64,000 nt of DNA, taken from contig CBDHDG010000006.1 in NCBI GenBank assembly GCA_965261595.1, forward strand, positions 1,024,001 through 1,088,000. Reading direction: 5' to 3'. This document shows, piece by piece, positions 40,115 to 50,353 of the stretch (within the stretch, counting starts at the first letter, position 1; the number at the start of each line of letters is the position of its first letter). Under the pieces are notes generated by a model that saw only the letters and a list, made by a program, of their open reading frames with translations, searched no databases and had not been told where the DNA came from. Source of the DNA: a bacterium. GTDB lineage: Bacteria; UBA8248; JACPRG01; G963555815. The position numbers and the translations under genes were made by a program.

Positions 40115-40411
40115 ATAGCGGAAGAACGGAAAAAACAGTACGGGCAGTTAATCGCCAAGGCGTGGACAGACGAGGAGTTCGAGGCCAGGCTCAAAGCCGA
40201 TCCCAAGGCCGCGTTGAAGGAAGTGGGGATCGATGTTCCTGAGGGCCATGCGGTTCATGTACACGAAGCGGCCTCGGATGAGCACCACCTGGTCATACCC
40301 CCCAAACCCGCCGGTGAGCTCTCGGACGAGGACCTGGATAAGATGGCGGGGGGAGCGGCGGCTTACGACCGCCTTCAGCGATTGCCCTGCGGACCGTTTT
40401 ATTTCAAATGA
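40115..40411 (+). CDS. NHLP (nitrile hydratase-like leader) RiPP precursor peptide with ATA start
   Basis: LIAKAWTDEEFEARLKADPKAALKE.G..P, HLVIPPKP, ELSDEDLDKMAGG cleavage motif; core AAAYDRLQRLPCGPFYFK. Confidence 0.85.
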   Translation: MAEERKKQYGQLIAKAWTDEEFEARLKADPKAALKEVGIDVPEGHAVHVHEAASDEHHLVIPPKPAGELSDEDLDKMAGGAAAYDRLQRLPCGPFYFK

Positions 40412-40990
40412 GGACACTACCGGGAAGCGGATGTTGGGCAAGATCCGAATTTTCTCTTGATTTGTCATCGGTTTCTATGTCTTAATGGTTGCGGAAGAAC
40501 TCTCGGAATTCTGAAAATCCAGTGTGTTACGGGTTTTTCCTCTTCCCCGCAACGGGGAAATTCCGGAGGCCCTTCAAGGCGATGAAAAAAACTCCTGTCC
40601 AGAATTCTCAGGCATGGGCGCAGCGCATCGGCCGCGTCACGCCGCGCAGGCTGATGAAGTTTCGTACGCGCGGCCGGCCATAGTCCAGCGGACAGGGGTT
40701 TCGACCCAAATCCCGCCACCACATTTTTGATTCGGCACCACCTCGAAATCCCTGATCTCGATGAATCGCGCCCGGCGGCTCCGCCGGCCTGATGGATTTG
40801 GTGTGTTCATTCAGCGTGCGGGATGAAGCCGCTTGTGAATGTTCGGCCGGTCCGGCGAGCGCTTGAGCAAGGGATCAACGAACGATGATCCATGAAACAG
40901 CCCGGCGAGGCCGTTTTCATTGAGGGTGTTCTCCCGGCCGGCCAACCGGCCGAAGTCCAGTCAGGGGGGGAGTCCTCTCACACGGAGTGA

Positions 40991-41374
40991 ATGGAAGCCA
41001 TGGCGACAAAACCCAGAAAGGTCAGACAACGGGCGACGGTGAAAGTCTTTCGCTACGACTCCGAGAACAACCCGGAGCCCTACTACGACACCTACGATGT
41101 TCCATTCGACCCCCAGAACAGCGTCCTGCAGGTTTTGACCGATATTCGGGAGGAACACGACCCGACCCTGGCGGTGCGCGAATCCTGCTGGGTGGGGTGT
41201 TGTCTCATCTGCACGTACCGGGTCAACGGAAAATCAAAGGTCACTTGCCGCACGCGGATGGATCAGGAGATGGTGATCGAGCCCCTGAAAAAGGAGCGCG
41301 TCGTCCGGGACCTGATCCAGCTCGAGCGGATGGACGTGGAAAACCGTGATGACGATGTCGGCGGGGAGGAATAG
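40991..41374 (+). CDS. 2Fe-2S protein homologous to the SdhB/FrdB N-terminal domain only
   Basis: VFRYD, DPTLAVRESCWVGCCLIC-x11-C, IEPL..VVRDL; stops before the 4Fe-4S/3Fe-4S domain. Confidence 0.85.
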   Translation: MEAMATKPRKVRQRATVKVFRYDSENNPEPYYDTYDVPFDPQNSVLQVLTDIREEHDPTLAVRESCWVGCCLICTYRVNGKSKVTCRTRMDQEMVIEPLKKERVVRDLIQLERMDVENRDDDVGGEE

Positions 41375-41404
41375 GCCCCGAGCCGTTTCACAAGGAGCTT
41401 CGAG

Positions 41405-43201
41405 ATGAAAATCAACGGAACCGAAGTGAAGGTGGTCGAAACGGACCTTCTCATCATTGGGACGGAGGCGACAGGCGGAAAGGCGGCCCTGGAGGCGGCG
41501 GACCTTTTTCCCGATTGCCGGATCACCGTCGTCAACAAGCAGATCATTGCCAGAAGCGCGGTCACCATCACCGCCGTGGCCACATACAACGCCGCCGTGA
41601 ACCCCTACGACCATCCCGACATCCACACGGCGGACACCATCAACGGCGGTGGGCACCTGGCGGACCAGACCCTGACGAAGATCATGTGCGACCTCGGCCC
41701 GCAGTGCGTCCATGAGATGGAGGCGTGGGGATGCAAGTTCGCCCGCCAGGAGAAGAACCGCGAGCTCTTTGACTGCTTCGAGTACCCGGGGCACTCCAAG
41801 GCGCGGGGGACGTACACCTTCCCCTATGGGACCACGGGCCGGAAGATGGTCCAGATCATGAAGCGGCAACTCTTCAAACGGCCCAACGTCCAGATCCTGA
41901 ACGACACCTACATCTCGGACATGCTGATGGCCGACGGCCGGTGCGTGGGCGCGCTGGGGGTGAGCCTGGTCAACACCCAACCCATCGTCATCCGGGCCAA
42001 AGCCGTCATCATCGGCGCGGGCGGGGGGATGGAGATCTTCAAGAACAGCGACGCCGCCCGGGACGCCACGGGCAACGGCTACGGCTGGGCCTATCGCGCC
42101 GGCAGCACGCTGATCGACATGGAGCTCGTCCAGTTCTTCCCCACCAACGTTGTGACGCCCAAAACGATGTACGCCCAGCAGCCCGTCGCGGTCATCCGGT
42201 ACGCCCTCGGCGCCCGGCTCTACAACAACAAGGGCGAGCGCTTCATGCACCGCTACGACCCGGTACGCGGAGAGTACAGCACGCGGGACCTGACCTCCCG
42301 GGCCATGTGGATGGAGATCCTCGCGGGACGCGGCGGCCCCAACGGCGGGGTCTATCTCTCTGTCGCGCATCTGCCCGACAACGTCATCGACAACTGGGTC
42401 GCCAAGAACAACCCGGGCTACAACTTCGGCGGCGTGAAGCTCGAGGAGGAGGGCGTCGACATCAAGCGCGACGGCCTCGAAGTCGCTCCGATGGCGCACT
42501 TCTACCTGGGCGGCATCCTGATCAACGAGCGGTGCGAGTCGGACATCCCCGGCATGTACGCCGCGGGCGAGGTCGCGGGCAACCTCCACGGCGCGAACCG
42601 CCTGGGCGGAAACGCCCTCACCGACTGCCAGGTCTTCGGCAAAATTGCGGGCGCCGAGGCCGCGAAATACGCCTCGACCCAAGAGGGGCTCGGGCCCGTC
42701 AACGAGGATCAGGTCCGGGACCTGGTCGGAAAGATCGACGCCATGTACAAGCGCGAGGAGGGAACCGCCCCCCATGTGACGCGCGACAAGGTCCGCGACG
42801 CCTTGTACGACGTCAGCCTGGTCAAGCACGCGGACTGGATCGAAAAGGCCATGGGCATCCTGAAAGATGTGAGGGAAAACGACCTCCCCGCGGTCAGCCT
42901 GACCGGAAAGGCCAAGTCCTTCAACAAGGAGCTGATGCTCGCCCTGGAGAACGAAGACCTGCTCCTGACGGCCGAGCTCCACCTGAAAGGCGCTCTCATG
43001 CGCGAAGAGACCCGGGGGGCCCAGTGCCGCACCGATTTCCCGGATACGGACAACGAAAACTGGTGCAAGAACATCCTCTACCGGAAGGACGGCGACGATG
43101 TGAAGATGTGGACCCGGGACGTGGATTTTCACTTCTACAAGCCGGATTGGGTCGTCGAGAAGGAGAAGGAAGCGGCCGGCGCGGCTCAGAACGGGCAATA
43201 A
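41405..43201 (+). CDS. SDH/fumarate reductase/NadB-family flavoprotein, divergent
   Basis: TGNGY..AYRAG..DMELVQF.PT, HFYLGG, YAAGEV, HGANRLGGNAL, REETRGAQ.R.DFP. Confidence 0.9.
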   Translation: MKINGTEVKVVETDLLIIGTEATGGKAALEAADLFPDCRITVVNKQIIARSAVTITAVATYNAAVNPYDHPDIHTADTINGGGHLADQTLTKIMCDLGPQCVHEMEAWGCKFARQEKNRELFDCFEYPGHSKARGTYTFPYGTTGRKMVQIMKRQLFKRPNVQILNDTYISDMLMADGRCVGALGVSLVNTQPIVIRAKAVIIGAGGGMEIFKNSDAARDATGNGYGWAYRAGSTLIDMELVQFFPTNVVTPKTMYAQQPVAVIRYALGARLYNNKGERFMHRYDPVRGEYSTRDLTSRAMWMEILAGRGGPNGGVYLSVAHLPDNVIDNWVAKNNPGYNFGGVKLEEEGVDIKRDGLEVAPMAHFYLGGILINERCESDIPGMYAAGEVAGNLHGANRLGGNALTDCQVFGKIAGAEAAKYASTQEGLGPVNEDQVRDLVGKIDAMYKREEGTAPHVTRDKVRDALYDVSLVKHADWIEKAMGILKDVRENDLPAVSLTGKAKSFNKELMLALENEDLLLTAELHLKGALMREETRGAQCRTDFPDTDNENWCKNILYRKDGDDVKMWTRDVDFHFYKPDWVVEKEKEAAGAAQNGQ

Positions 43202-43269
43202 GGCGCGGCGGGCACGGTGTCCGCCGCCCGCCCGGGGACCGTCCGATCACCCCGGGAGAAACGGCGCGG

Positions 43270-43299
43270 TTGACTTGTCTTTTGTCCGCCGTCTACGAT
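43270..43299 (+). promoter_or_regulatory. Putative sigma70-type promoter for the cysteine hydrolase gene
   Basis: TTGACT-18 nt-TACGAT. Confidence 0.4.
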
Positions 43300-43404
43300 G
43301 AAGGCGACACGTCGTTATCGTGGGAAGAAAGAAGCGCCCGTGCGGAATGAATCGGCCGGGCCGTAGGCCGGAAGCCGATTCTGACATAAAAAGGAGATGG
43401 ACCC

Positions 43405-44079
43405 ATGGCCCGTGACACGCTCGACACCCTGGCCAAAAAAGTGGACCCGAACAACGCGGCCCTTCTGGTCGTGGACGTCCAGAACGATTTCGCCGCCGAG
43501 GGCGGGATGATGGACCGCGAGGGGAACGACCTCAGCATGTCCCAGGCAATCATTCCCCGTCTGGAACAGTTGATCGACGAGGCGCGGGAGGCGGACGTTC
43601 CGGTCATTTTCATCCGGAACGTCTACAACACCGACGCCAACTGGTACCTCTCGGACGTCTGGCTGGAGCAGGCCGCCCGGGTGCGGCAGGGAAGCTACGT
43701 CATCCACTCCGTGTGCGCCCCCGACTCCTGGGCGGGAGACTTCTACAAGGTCCGCCCGACGGACAAGGACGTCATCGTCACCAAGCACCGGTTCAGCGCG
43801 TTTCAGGACACCGACCTGGACCTGATCCTGCGAAGCCGGGGCGTTCGCACGCTCATCATGACGGGCATCGCCACCAACGTCTGCGTGGAGAGCACCGCCC
43901 GGGACGGTTTCTTCCGGGATTACTACATCGCCTTCACGTCCGACTGCACGGCCACCTTTTCAAAGGAAGACCACGAAGGCACGTTGAAAAACATCCGCCG
44001 CTTTTTCGGGGAAGTCGTGAGCGCGGATGAAGTCGCGTCCTGCTGGAAGACGGCGGCGGTCAAGGCTGAGACGGTTTAG
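43405..44079 (+). CDS. Isochorismatase-family cysteine hydrolase (RutB-like)
   Basis: VVDVQNDF, KHRFSAF, GIATNVCVESTARD catalytic D-K-C triad. Confidence 0.92.
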   Translation: MARDTLDTLAKKVDPNNAALLVVDVQNDFAAEGGMMDREGNDLSMSQAIIPRLEQLIDEAREADVPVIFIRNVYNTDANWYLSDVWLEQAARVRQGSYVIHSVCAPDSWAGDFYKVRPTDKDVIVTKHRFSAFQDTDLDLILRSRGVRTLIMTGIATNVCVESTARDGFFRDYYIAFTSDCTATFSKEDHEGTLKNIRRFFGEVVSADEVASCWKTAAVKAETV

Positions 44080-44122
44080 AAGGACCCGGCCGCCGACCGG
44101 GGACCGGGAGGGAGAATTCTCG

Positions 44123-45629
44123 ATGAAAACGCCTGCCCGGTTTCGACTTCCGAGGGCCGCCGGGACGCTTGTTTGGGTTGCTCTTTCGGTTGCGGGGCTT
44201 TTTTGCCTGCCCTCCGCCGTGTGGTCTCATGGCCTCAACGCGGGGATCAACACGCCGATCTCCGAGCCCACGCTGGAGGCCTTTCGGGTTCCGGCGATTC
44301 TGTTCGGCGCGCTTCTCCTCGTCTGTCTCGTCGCCCTCCGGTTTTTGCGCGGCTCGGAATACCTCGAATCGGGTGCGCGGCTTCAGCCGGAGCGCCCGGC
44401 TTCTCCTGATGCGGGGTCCCTTCCTGGGCATCGGCCTCGGCGTCTGGAACCTTCTGTTCAACCTCTATCTCCTGGCGCTGGGCTTCGAGACCGCGTTCGT
44501 CGTCAAGATGATCGCCGTCAATTGGCTCCTGCACGGCCTGATGGTGATTCCCGCCGGGATGATCTCGGACCTGTTCGGACGGCGCAACACCTACTTGATC
44601 TTGTACGCCGCGAACGTCGTGTCCAAGGTTCTGTTGTTGATCACGCTGAACCCCGCGTGGCTGCTGGCGATCAACGCCTTCAACGGCGGGGCCGAGGGTT
44701 TTCACGCCATTGTGGGGCCCCCCTTCCTGACCGAGCAGAGCAAGCCCGAGGAGCGCGTTCACCTGTTCAGCCTGGATTCGGTTTTGAGAACCGGCTCCAG
44801 CTTCATGGGCACGCTCGTCGCGGGGGTTTTGCCGCTTATTGTGGTGTTGACCTTGGGGGTCAGCTCCGGCGGCGCGGGGGCCTTTCGAGGGGCGCTGCTC
44901 CTGTCCTTGCCGTTCATGGCGGCGGCCTGGATCCCCATCTTCATGATTCACGAGGATTGGCAGCGTCTGTCCCTGCAGAAGTGGTGGAGCGGTCTCCGGA
45001 GTTATCGCCATATCTCGATGCTGGCCCTGACCTCGGGGCTGATGAGCGTCGGCCTCGGGGCGACGGCGCCGTTCTACAACGTCTATTTCGCGTCCAAGTT
45101 GCACGCGACCACCGAGAGCATCGGATTGATCTTTTCCTTGGGCGCCCTGGCGGTGGCCGGGGCCACGTTCCTTACGCCGATGTTGGTTCAAAGGTGGGGC
45201 AAGGTGAACACGATTGTCTGGCTCAGGATGGCGGGCATCCCCTTCGTCCTCCTGATGGGCATGGCCGACAGTCTCCTTTTGGCGGCGGTTTCCTACTTTT
45301 TCGTTTTGGTCCTGATCGGCTCCATTTTCCCGACGCTGGGGATGGTGGACCCCGTGTACCAGCTTTTTCCGATGGAGCTCGTTGAGCCCGCCGAGCGGGG
45401 GACGACCAACGGCGTCATTCACGCCTTCAAGGAGTTCCCGATGGCCATCGGCTCGGCGGTGGCCGGGTTCTTTCTCGCCCAAAACCTGTGGCTCCCGACG
45501 TTTTGGATCGCGGCCATCTGTTATGCGGCGTCCTTCGTGATCTACCTGGTCTATTTCAAGCGCTTCGACGTTCGGGCCGGCGCGGCCGCGCCTTCCGTCG
45601 CCGTCTCGGAGCCGAAGGGGGCCGCGTAG
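44123..45629 (+). pseudogene. MFS transporter with N-terminal signal/TM extension; +1 frameshift near 44366
   Basis: GGAGGGAG RBS, ATG 44123 frame MKTPARF..SEYL switches to NRVRGFSRSARLLL..; MFS motif A G.ISDLFGRR. Confidence 0.8.
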
Positions 45630-45706
45630 GAGCGGAAGCGGGCAAGGGGTCGTCCGACCCGAACGCCCGGCTTGCCGGTTGGTGGAAAGCCGGTGTTTCT
45701 AAATAG

Positions 45707-45846
45707 GTAGGGCGGGCATCTTGCCCGCCTTCAGCGGCTATGGCCCGCGTCGCCCCGATCTAAGGGGAGTGCGGAGCCCCATGGACCGCGATTTCCGCTG
45801 ATGGGGCGGGCGTTCCGCCCGTCGCCGGGCTGGAAGCCCGGCCTAC
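45707..45846. repeat. Convergent GTAG-type REP doublet with an internal palindrome
   Basis: GTAGGGCGGGCATCTTGCCCGCC ... GGGCGGGCGTTCCGCCCG ... CCGGGCTGGAAGCCCGGCCTAC. Confidence 0.65.
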
Positions 45847-46251
45847 CGAATCACGGGCCAAAGATCTTTCCTCTTTTCCTGAAACCTTTTCCGGTTTCGT
45901 GTGTCTAATCCCACAAGAAGCAAAGGAGGCCGGTCCTGATTTGGACGGGCGTCCGAGGTTGAAAACATCGGGCGGACCCCCATGAAAGCAGGTGGCGAGG
46001 TCCCCCGTTGAGCTTCAGGCCCCAATGCCCGCGTGGCGGGGCCTACGAGAAGTTCTCCCTCCCGATCCGGGCGGCAACCCCTCCGTCGCCAGACACCCCC
46101 CCGCCCGGCTCGGGCTCCCCCTCCCCTTTTTTTGCCAAGCTTTCCCGCGCGGGGCTGCTCCCCCCTTCGCGATTTCGGTCGTGGGTCAGTTTGATTTTCC
46201 CGAGCGACAGATTCTCTGGAAAATCCGGTCAAGGTGTGCTAGCTTTAGGGC

Positions 46252-46503
46252 ATGCTTGAGCGGACCAGCAAGAGATGCCCTGCCGACTTGAACAAGCTGG
46301 CAGCCAGCATAGCCCATGCCGCGACCAAGGACGAGCCGGAAGTGTCACCAGGGGACGAGGGGAAGAACCCGCACGCGGTTGCACTGGGTCGGCTTGGTGG
46401 GTTGAAGGGCGGAAAGGCGCGTGCGGAGAAGCTGACGCCAGAGGAACGGAGCGAGATCGCACGAAGAGCGGCCAAGACCAGATGGGGGAAAAAGAAGGGC
46501 TGA
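46252..46503 (+). CDS. Small basic KGG-motif protein
   Basis: P.DLNKLA..I, KNPHAVALGRLGGLKGGKARAEKLTPEERSEIARRAAKTRW. Confidence 0.8.
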   Translation: MLERTSKRCPADLNKLAASIAHAATKDEPEVSPGDEGKNPHAVALGRLGGLKGGKARAEKLTPEERSEIARRAAKTRWGKKKG

Positions 46504-46745
46504 TTTTGTGGTATCATTCTTGCTCAGTTAGTGTTGAAATTGGGCGGAATGTAGGTATATTGAAAGGCGATACCCAAAACTGGGCGGAGGAGATCATGCA
46601 AGAGCGGGCACATATCTTGAGTCCGGAGGAGTCCCTTGAGGCGGGAGAGCGTGCCCTTTTAGGAGCGGCAACTGAAGGGATGTCCAGAGAAGACAGGCTT
46701 GAGGCCAGAGAAGTCTTACGCTCCAAGGGTGTTCCAGAAAAGACC

Positions 46746-47900
46746 TGGACCGCCCCTGGGTTATTGGACACTCGGGTGAGGGTATTCGACCTCATGCGGC
46801 CTCCGCAACTTGAGCGAGTTTTTCCTGCCTTGCCTGGGCCGGCGTTCGGTAGCCGTAGCCCTCGAGAATCCAATGATGGTTGTACAGGTTCTTGAACTCA
46901 AGCAGCGCCCACCGCAGTTCCTCTACGGTGGCGAAAGAGCGCACCCACAGGAGATTCTCCTTCAAGGTGCGGATAAACCACTCACAGTAGCCATTTCCCT
47001 CGGGCGCCCGCACGAAGCTGGGCGAACTGGTCATGCCCAGGTAGGCGATCTCCCGCTGAAAGTCATCGGACAGATAGGCGGGGCCGTGGTCGTGACGAAC
47101 TTTAAGCCCCTCGGCGACATCCGCCTCCAAGCCGGCGAAGCGCTCGGCGACCCCCTGCCGGATCGGCTCCAGGGCCTCGAAGCGGTTGCCGCTCTTGGCC
47201 GCATGGATCCCCACGCAGTCCACCGAGCAGTGATCCACCGCCACGAACACCGAGGCCATCCCCTCCTCGGTGGTCACCGTCGTCGTCATGTCCGTGCCCC
47301 ACATTCGGTCGGGCCGCTCGGTGCGGATGGTCCCGTTGTGGGCCTTGGGACCTCGGGGTTTGCCCACCCGGTGGGGGGCCTGAAGCCCCGCCTCCCGCAT
47401 CAGGCGACGCACCCGCTCCTTGCTGGTGCGGATGCCCGCGAAGCGCAGCCTCGCCCACACCTTGCGGTAGCCCTCGCCATGGAAGGGAGAGTCCTCCAGG
47501 ACCTGCCGGATGTGGCCGAGGAGTTCCGCATCGGTGCACGGGCCCACAGGGCCGCGCTTATTGGGCGTGGGGCGTTCATGAACGGGGACCGCCTCTCGCC
47601 GCCGTTGCGCGTAGACCGTGGAGCGCGCCAAGCCCCAAAGGGCGCACACCCGCTTCAGGCCGTAGGCTCTGCCCGTGGAGGTGAAGCGGGCCTGACTCAT
47701 CGCCTCCACCTCCTGCCGGCTAAAGGGCGGCCGGCCTCCAGGCGGTCGATCTTCTCCCGCAGGACCTCGCCCTCCATCGTGAGTTCGCCCACCTTGGCCT
47801 TGAGCCGGGCGTTCTCCTCGTCCCGCTCATCCGCCGGGCGGGCTTTGAGTGCCGCCTCGCCCCCGCGAAGGAACGCCTCGCGCCAGGCGGAAAGCCGAGC
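46746..47900 (-). mobile_element. IS3-family IS, copy 5, truncated within orfA by copy 6
   Basis: Right IR at 46746; sequence breaks at ...GCCGAGC directly into the copy 6 IR. Confidence 0.93.
46792..47709 (-). CDS. IS3 transposase OrfB, copy 5
   Basis: Intact DDE motifs. Confidence 0.88.
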   Translation of the reverse strand: MEAMSQARFTSTGRAYGLKRVCALWGLARSTVYAQRRREAVPVHERPTPNKRGPVGPCTDAELLGHIRQVLEDSPFHGEGYRKVWARLRFAGIRTSKERVRRLMREAGLQAPHRVGKPRGPKAHNGTIRTERPDRMWGTDMTTTVTTEEGMASVFVAVDHCSVDCVGIHAAKSGNRFEALEPIRQGVAERFAGLEADVAEGLKVRHDHGPAYLSDDFQREIAYLGMTSSPSFVRAPEGNGYCEWFIRTLKENLLWVRSFATVEELRWALLEFKNLYNHHWILEGYGYRTPAQARQEKLAQVAEAA

Positions 47901-47946
47901 TGGACCGCCCCTGGGTTATTGGACACTCGGGTGAGGGTATTCGACC

Positions 47947-48864
47947 TCATGCGGCCTCCGCAACTTGAGCGAGTTTTTCCTGCCTTGCCTGGGCCGGCGT
48001 TCGGTAGCCGTAGCCCTCGAGAATCCAATGATGGTTGTACAGGTTCTTGAACTCAAGCAGCGCCCACCGCAGTTCCTCTACGGTGGCGAAAGAGCGCACC
48101 CACAGGAGATTCTCCTTCAAGATGCGGATGAACCACTCACAGTAGCCATTTCCCTCGGGCGCCCGCACGAAGCTGGGCGAACTGGTCATGCCCAGGTAGG
48201 CGATCTCCCGCTGAAAGTCATCGGACAGATAGGCGGGGCCGTGGTCGTGACGAACTTTAAGCCCCTCGGCGACGTCCGCCTCCAAGCCGGCGAAGCGCTC
48301 GGCGACCCCCTGCCGGATCGGCTCCAGGGCCTCGAAGCGGTTGCCGCTCTTGGCCGCATGGATCCCCACGCAGTCCACCGAACAGTGATCCACCGCCACG
48401 AACACCGAGGCCATCCCCTCCTCGGTGGTCACCGTCGTCGTCATGTCCGTGCCCCACATTCGGTCGGGCCGCTCGGTGCGGATGGTCCCGTTGTGGGCCT
48501 TGGGACCTCGGGGTTTGCCCACCCGGTGGGGGGCCTGAAGCCCCGCCTCCCGCATCAGGCGACGCACCCGCTCCTTGCTGGTGCGGATGCCCGCGAAGCG
48601 CAGCCTCGCCCACACCTTGCGGTAGCCCTCGCCATGGAAGGGAGAGTCCTCCAGGACCTGCCGGATGTGACCGAGGAGTTCCGCATCGGTGCACGGGCCC
48701 ACAGGGCCGCGCTTATTGGGCGTGGGGCGTTCATGAACGGGGACCGCCTCTCGCCGCCGTTGCGCGTAGACCGTGGAGCGCGCCAAGCCCCAAAGGGCGC
48801 ACACCCGCTTCAGGCCGTAGGCTCTGCCCGTGGAGGTGAAGCGGGCCTGACTCATCGCCTCCAC
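47947..48864 (-). CDS. IS3 transposase OrfB, copy 6
   Basis: Intact DDE motifs. Confidence 0.9.
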   Translation of the reverse strand: MEAMSQARFTSTGRAYGLKRVCALWGLARSTVYAQRRREAVPVHERPTPNKRGPVGPCTDAELLGHIRQVLEDSPFHGEGYRKVWARLRFAGIRTSKERVRRLMREAGLQAPHRVGKPRGPKAHNGTIRTERPDRMWGTDMTTTVTTEEGMASVFVAVDHCSVDCVGIHAAKSGNRFEALEPIRQGVAERFAGLEADVAEGLKVRHDHGPAYLSDDFQREIAYLGMTSSPSFVRAPEGNGYCEWFIRILKENLLWVRSFATVEELRWALLEFKNLYNHHWILEGYGYRTPAQARQEKLAQVAEAA

Positions 48865-49238
48865 CTCCTGCCGGCTAAAGGGCGGCCGGCCTCCAGGCGG
48901 TCGATCTTCTCCCGCAGGACCTCGCCCTCCATCGTGAGTTCGCCCACCTTGGCCTTGAGCCGGGCGTTCTCCTCGGCCCGCTCATCCGCCGGGCGGGCTT
49001 TGAGCGCCGCCTCGCCCCCGCGAAGGAACGCCTCGCGCCAGGCGGAAAGCCGAGCCGCTGTCGTGCCCAACTCGCGGCAGAGCGTCTCCAGGCTCTCGCA
49101 CCGCAAAAGACGCAGGACCGCCTCCCGCTTGCGCTGGCAGGAGAACCGACCCCGCTCACTGCGATGCCCTGGGGCCTTGGCTCCGTTCGCCCTACGGGCG
49201 CCCTCCGCCAAAGCCCCCTCTTGCTTTTGTTCGTTCAT
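48852..49238 (-). CDS. IS3 transposase OrfA, copy 6
   Basis: G-to-C and D-to-A variants. Confidence 0.9.
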   Translation of the reverse strand: MNEQKQEGALAEGARRANGAKAPGHRSERGRFSCQRKREAVLRLLRCESLETLCRELGTTAARLSAWREAFLRGGEAALKARPADERAEENARLKAKVGELTMEGEVLREKIDRLEAGRPLAGRRWRR

Positions 49239-49304
49239 CGCGACACCCCTTTCTCCATGAATCATGGATCAATCGAGTGTCCAACAAAACCCTAGAGCGG
49301 GGGA

Positions 49305-50353
49305 GGGCGTCGCAAAGACGGGCTCACGAGCGATGAGCGGGAGGAGTTGCGCCGACTTCGCCGCGAGAACCGACAGCTCCGCCAGGAGCGGGAGATCTTA
49401 GCAAAAGCCGCGGCCTGGTTTGCTCGGGATACCGATTCGATCCCGTCCGGATCTACGGGTTCGTGAGGGCGAACCAGGCCATGTATCGGACCGCCACCAT
49501 GTGCCGGGTGCTGGGCGTCTCCTCCAGCGGCTACTACGCGTGGCGCAGGCGCGCGCCGTGTGCCCGCTCGTGTGCCGATCGGGCGCTCACCAAACGCATT
49601 CAGGCGATCCACGAGCGTTCTCGGGGGACTTACGGCGTGCCGCGCGTCCATGCCGAGTTGGAGGCTGAGGGAGTGCGTGTGGGCCGCAAGCGCGTCGCCA
49701 GGCTGATGCGTGGGGCGGGACTTGCGGGCGTCAGTCGGCGCAAGGGAGCGCGCACGACGCAGCGCCGGCAGGAGGCGCGGCCGGCCCCTGATCTGGTGGA
49801 CCGCAACTTCACGGCCGAGGCCCCCGACCGGCTGTGGGTGGCCGACATCACCTACGTTCCGACATGGGCGGGGTTTTTGTATCTGGCCGTGGCGCTCGAT
49901 GCGTTCAGCCGGCGCATCGTGGGGTGGTCGATGGCCACACACCTGCGGGCCGAGTTGGTGCTCGACGCGCTCGACATGGCGCTGTATAAGCGCCGTCCCC
50001 GGGCCGTCATCCACCACTCCGACCAGGGCACGCAGTACACCTCGGTCGCCTTTGGGCAGCGCTGCCGCCAGGCGGGCGGGCGTCCCTCCATGGGTTCGGT
50101 CGGGGACTGCTACGACAACGCGCTGTGTGAGAGCTTTTTCGCCACGCTGGAGTGCGAGCTCCTCGCTCGCCACAGTTTCCGCACCCGGGCCGAGGCGCGC
50201 ATGGAGGTGTTCGGGTTCATCGAGGGCTTCTACAACCCGCATCGTCGGCACTCCTCCATCGACAACCTGTCACCCGTTAACTACGAAAGGAGACAACAAC
50301 GCACACCCTGAAAACCCAAGTGCTTAACTCTCCACGAAACCGGGGTAAGTCCA
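49305..50353 (+). mobile_element. Third IS3-family element, 5'-truncated (orfA tail plus orfB 49463-50311)
   Basis: [17 protein letters not shown]..; WVADITY, HHSDQG, DNALCESFF; right end CCGGGGTAAGTCCA. Confidence 0.9.

Larger units (their letters stand above)
47901..49304 (-). mobile_element. IS3-family IS, copy 6 (1404 bp), no TSD
   Basis: Complete ends; the two flanks belong to two different truncated IS elements. Confidence 0.95.

Noticed and set aside
40991..43201. Labelling as sdhA/sdhB or frdA/frdB
   Set aside because: Covalent-FAD His, substrate His, 4Fe-4S/3Fe-4S domain and membrane anchors are all missing
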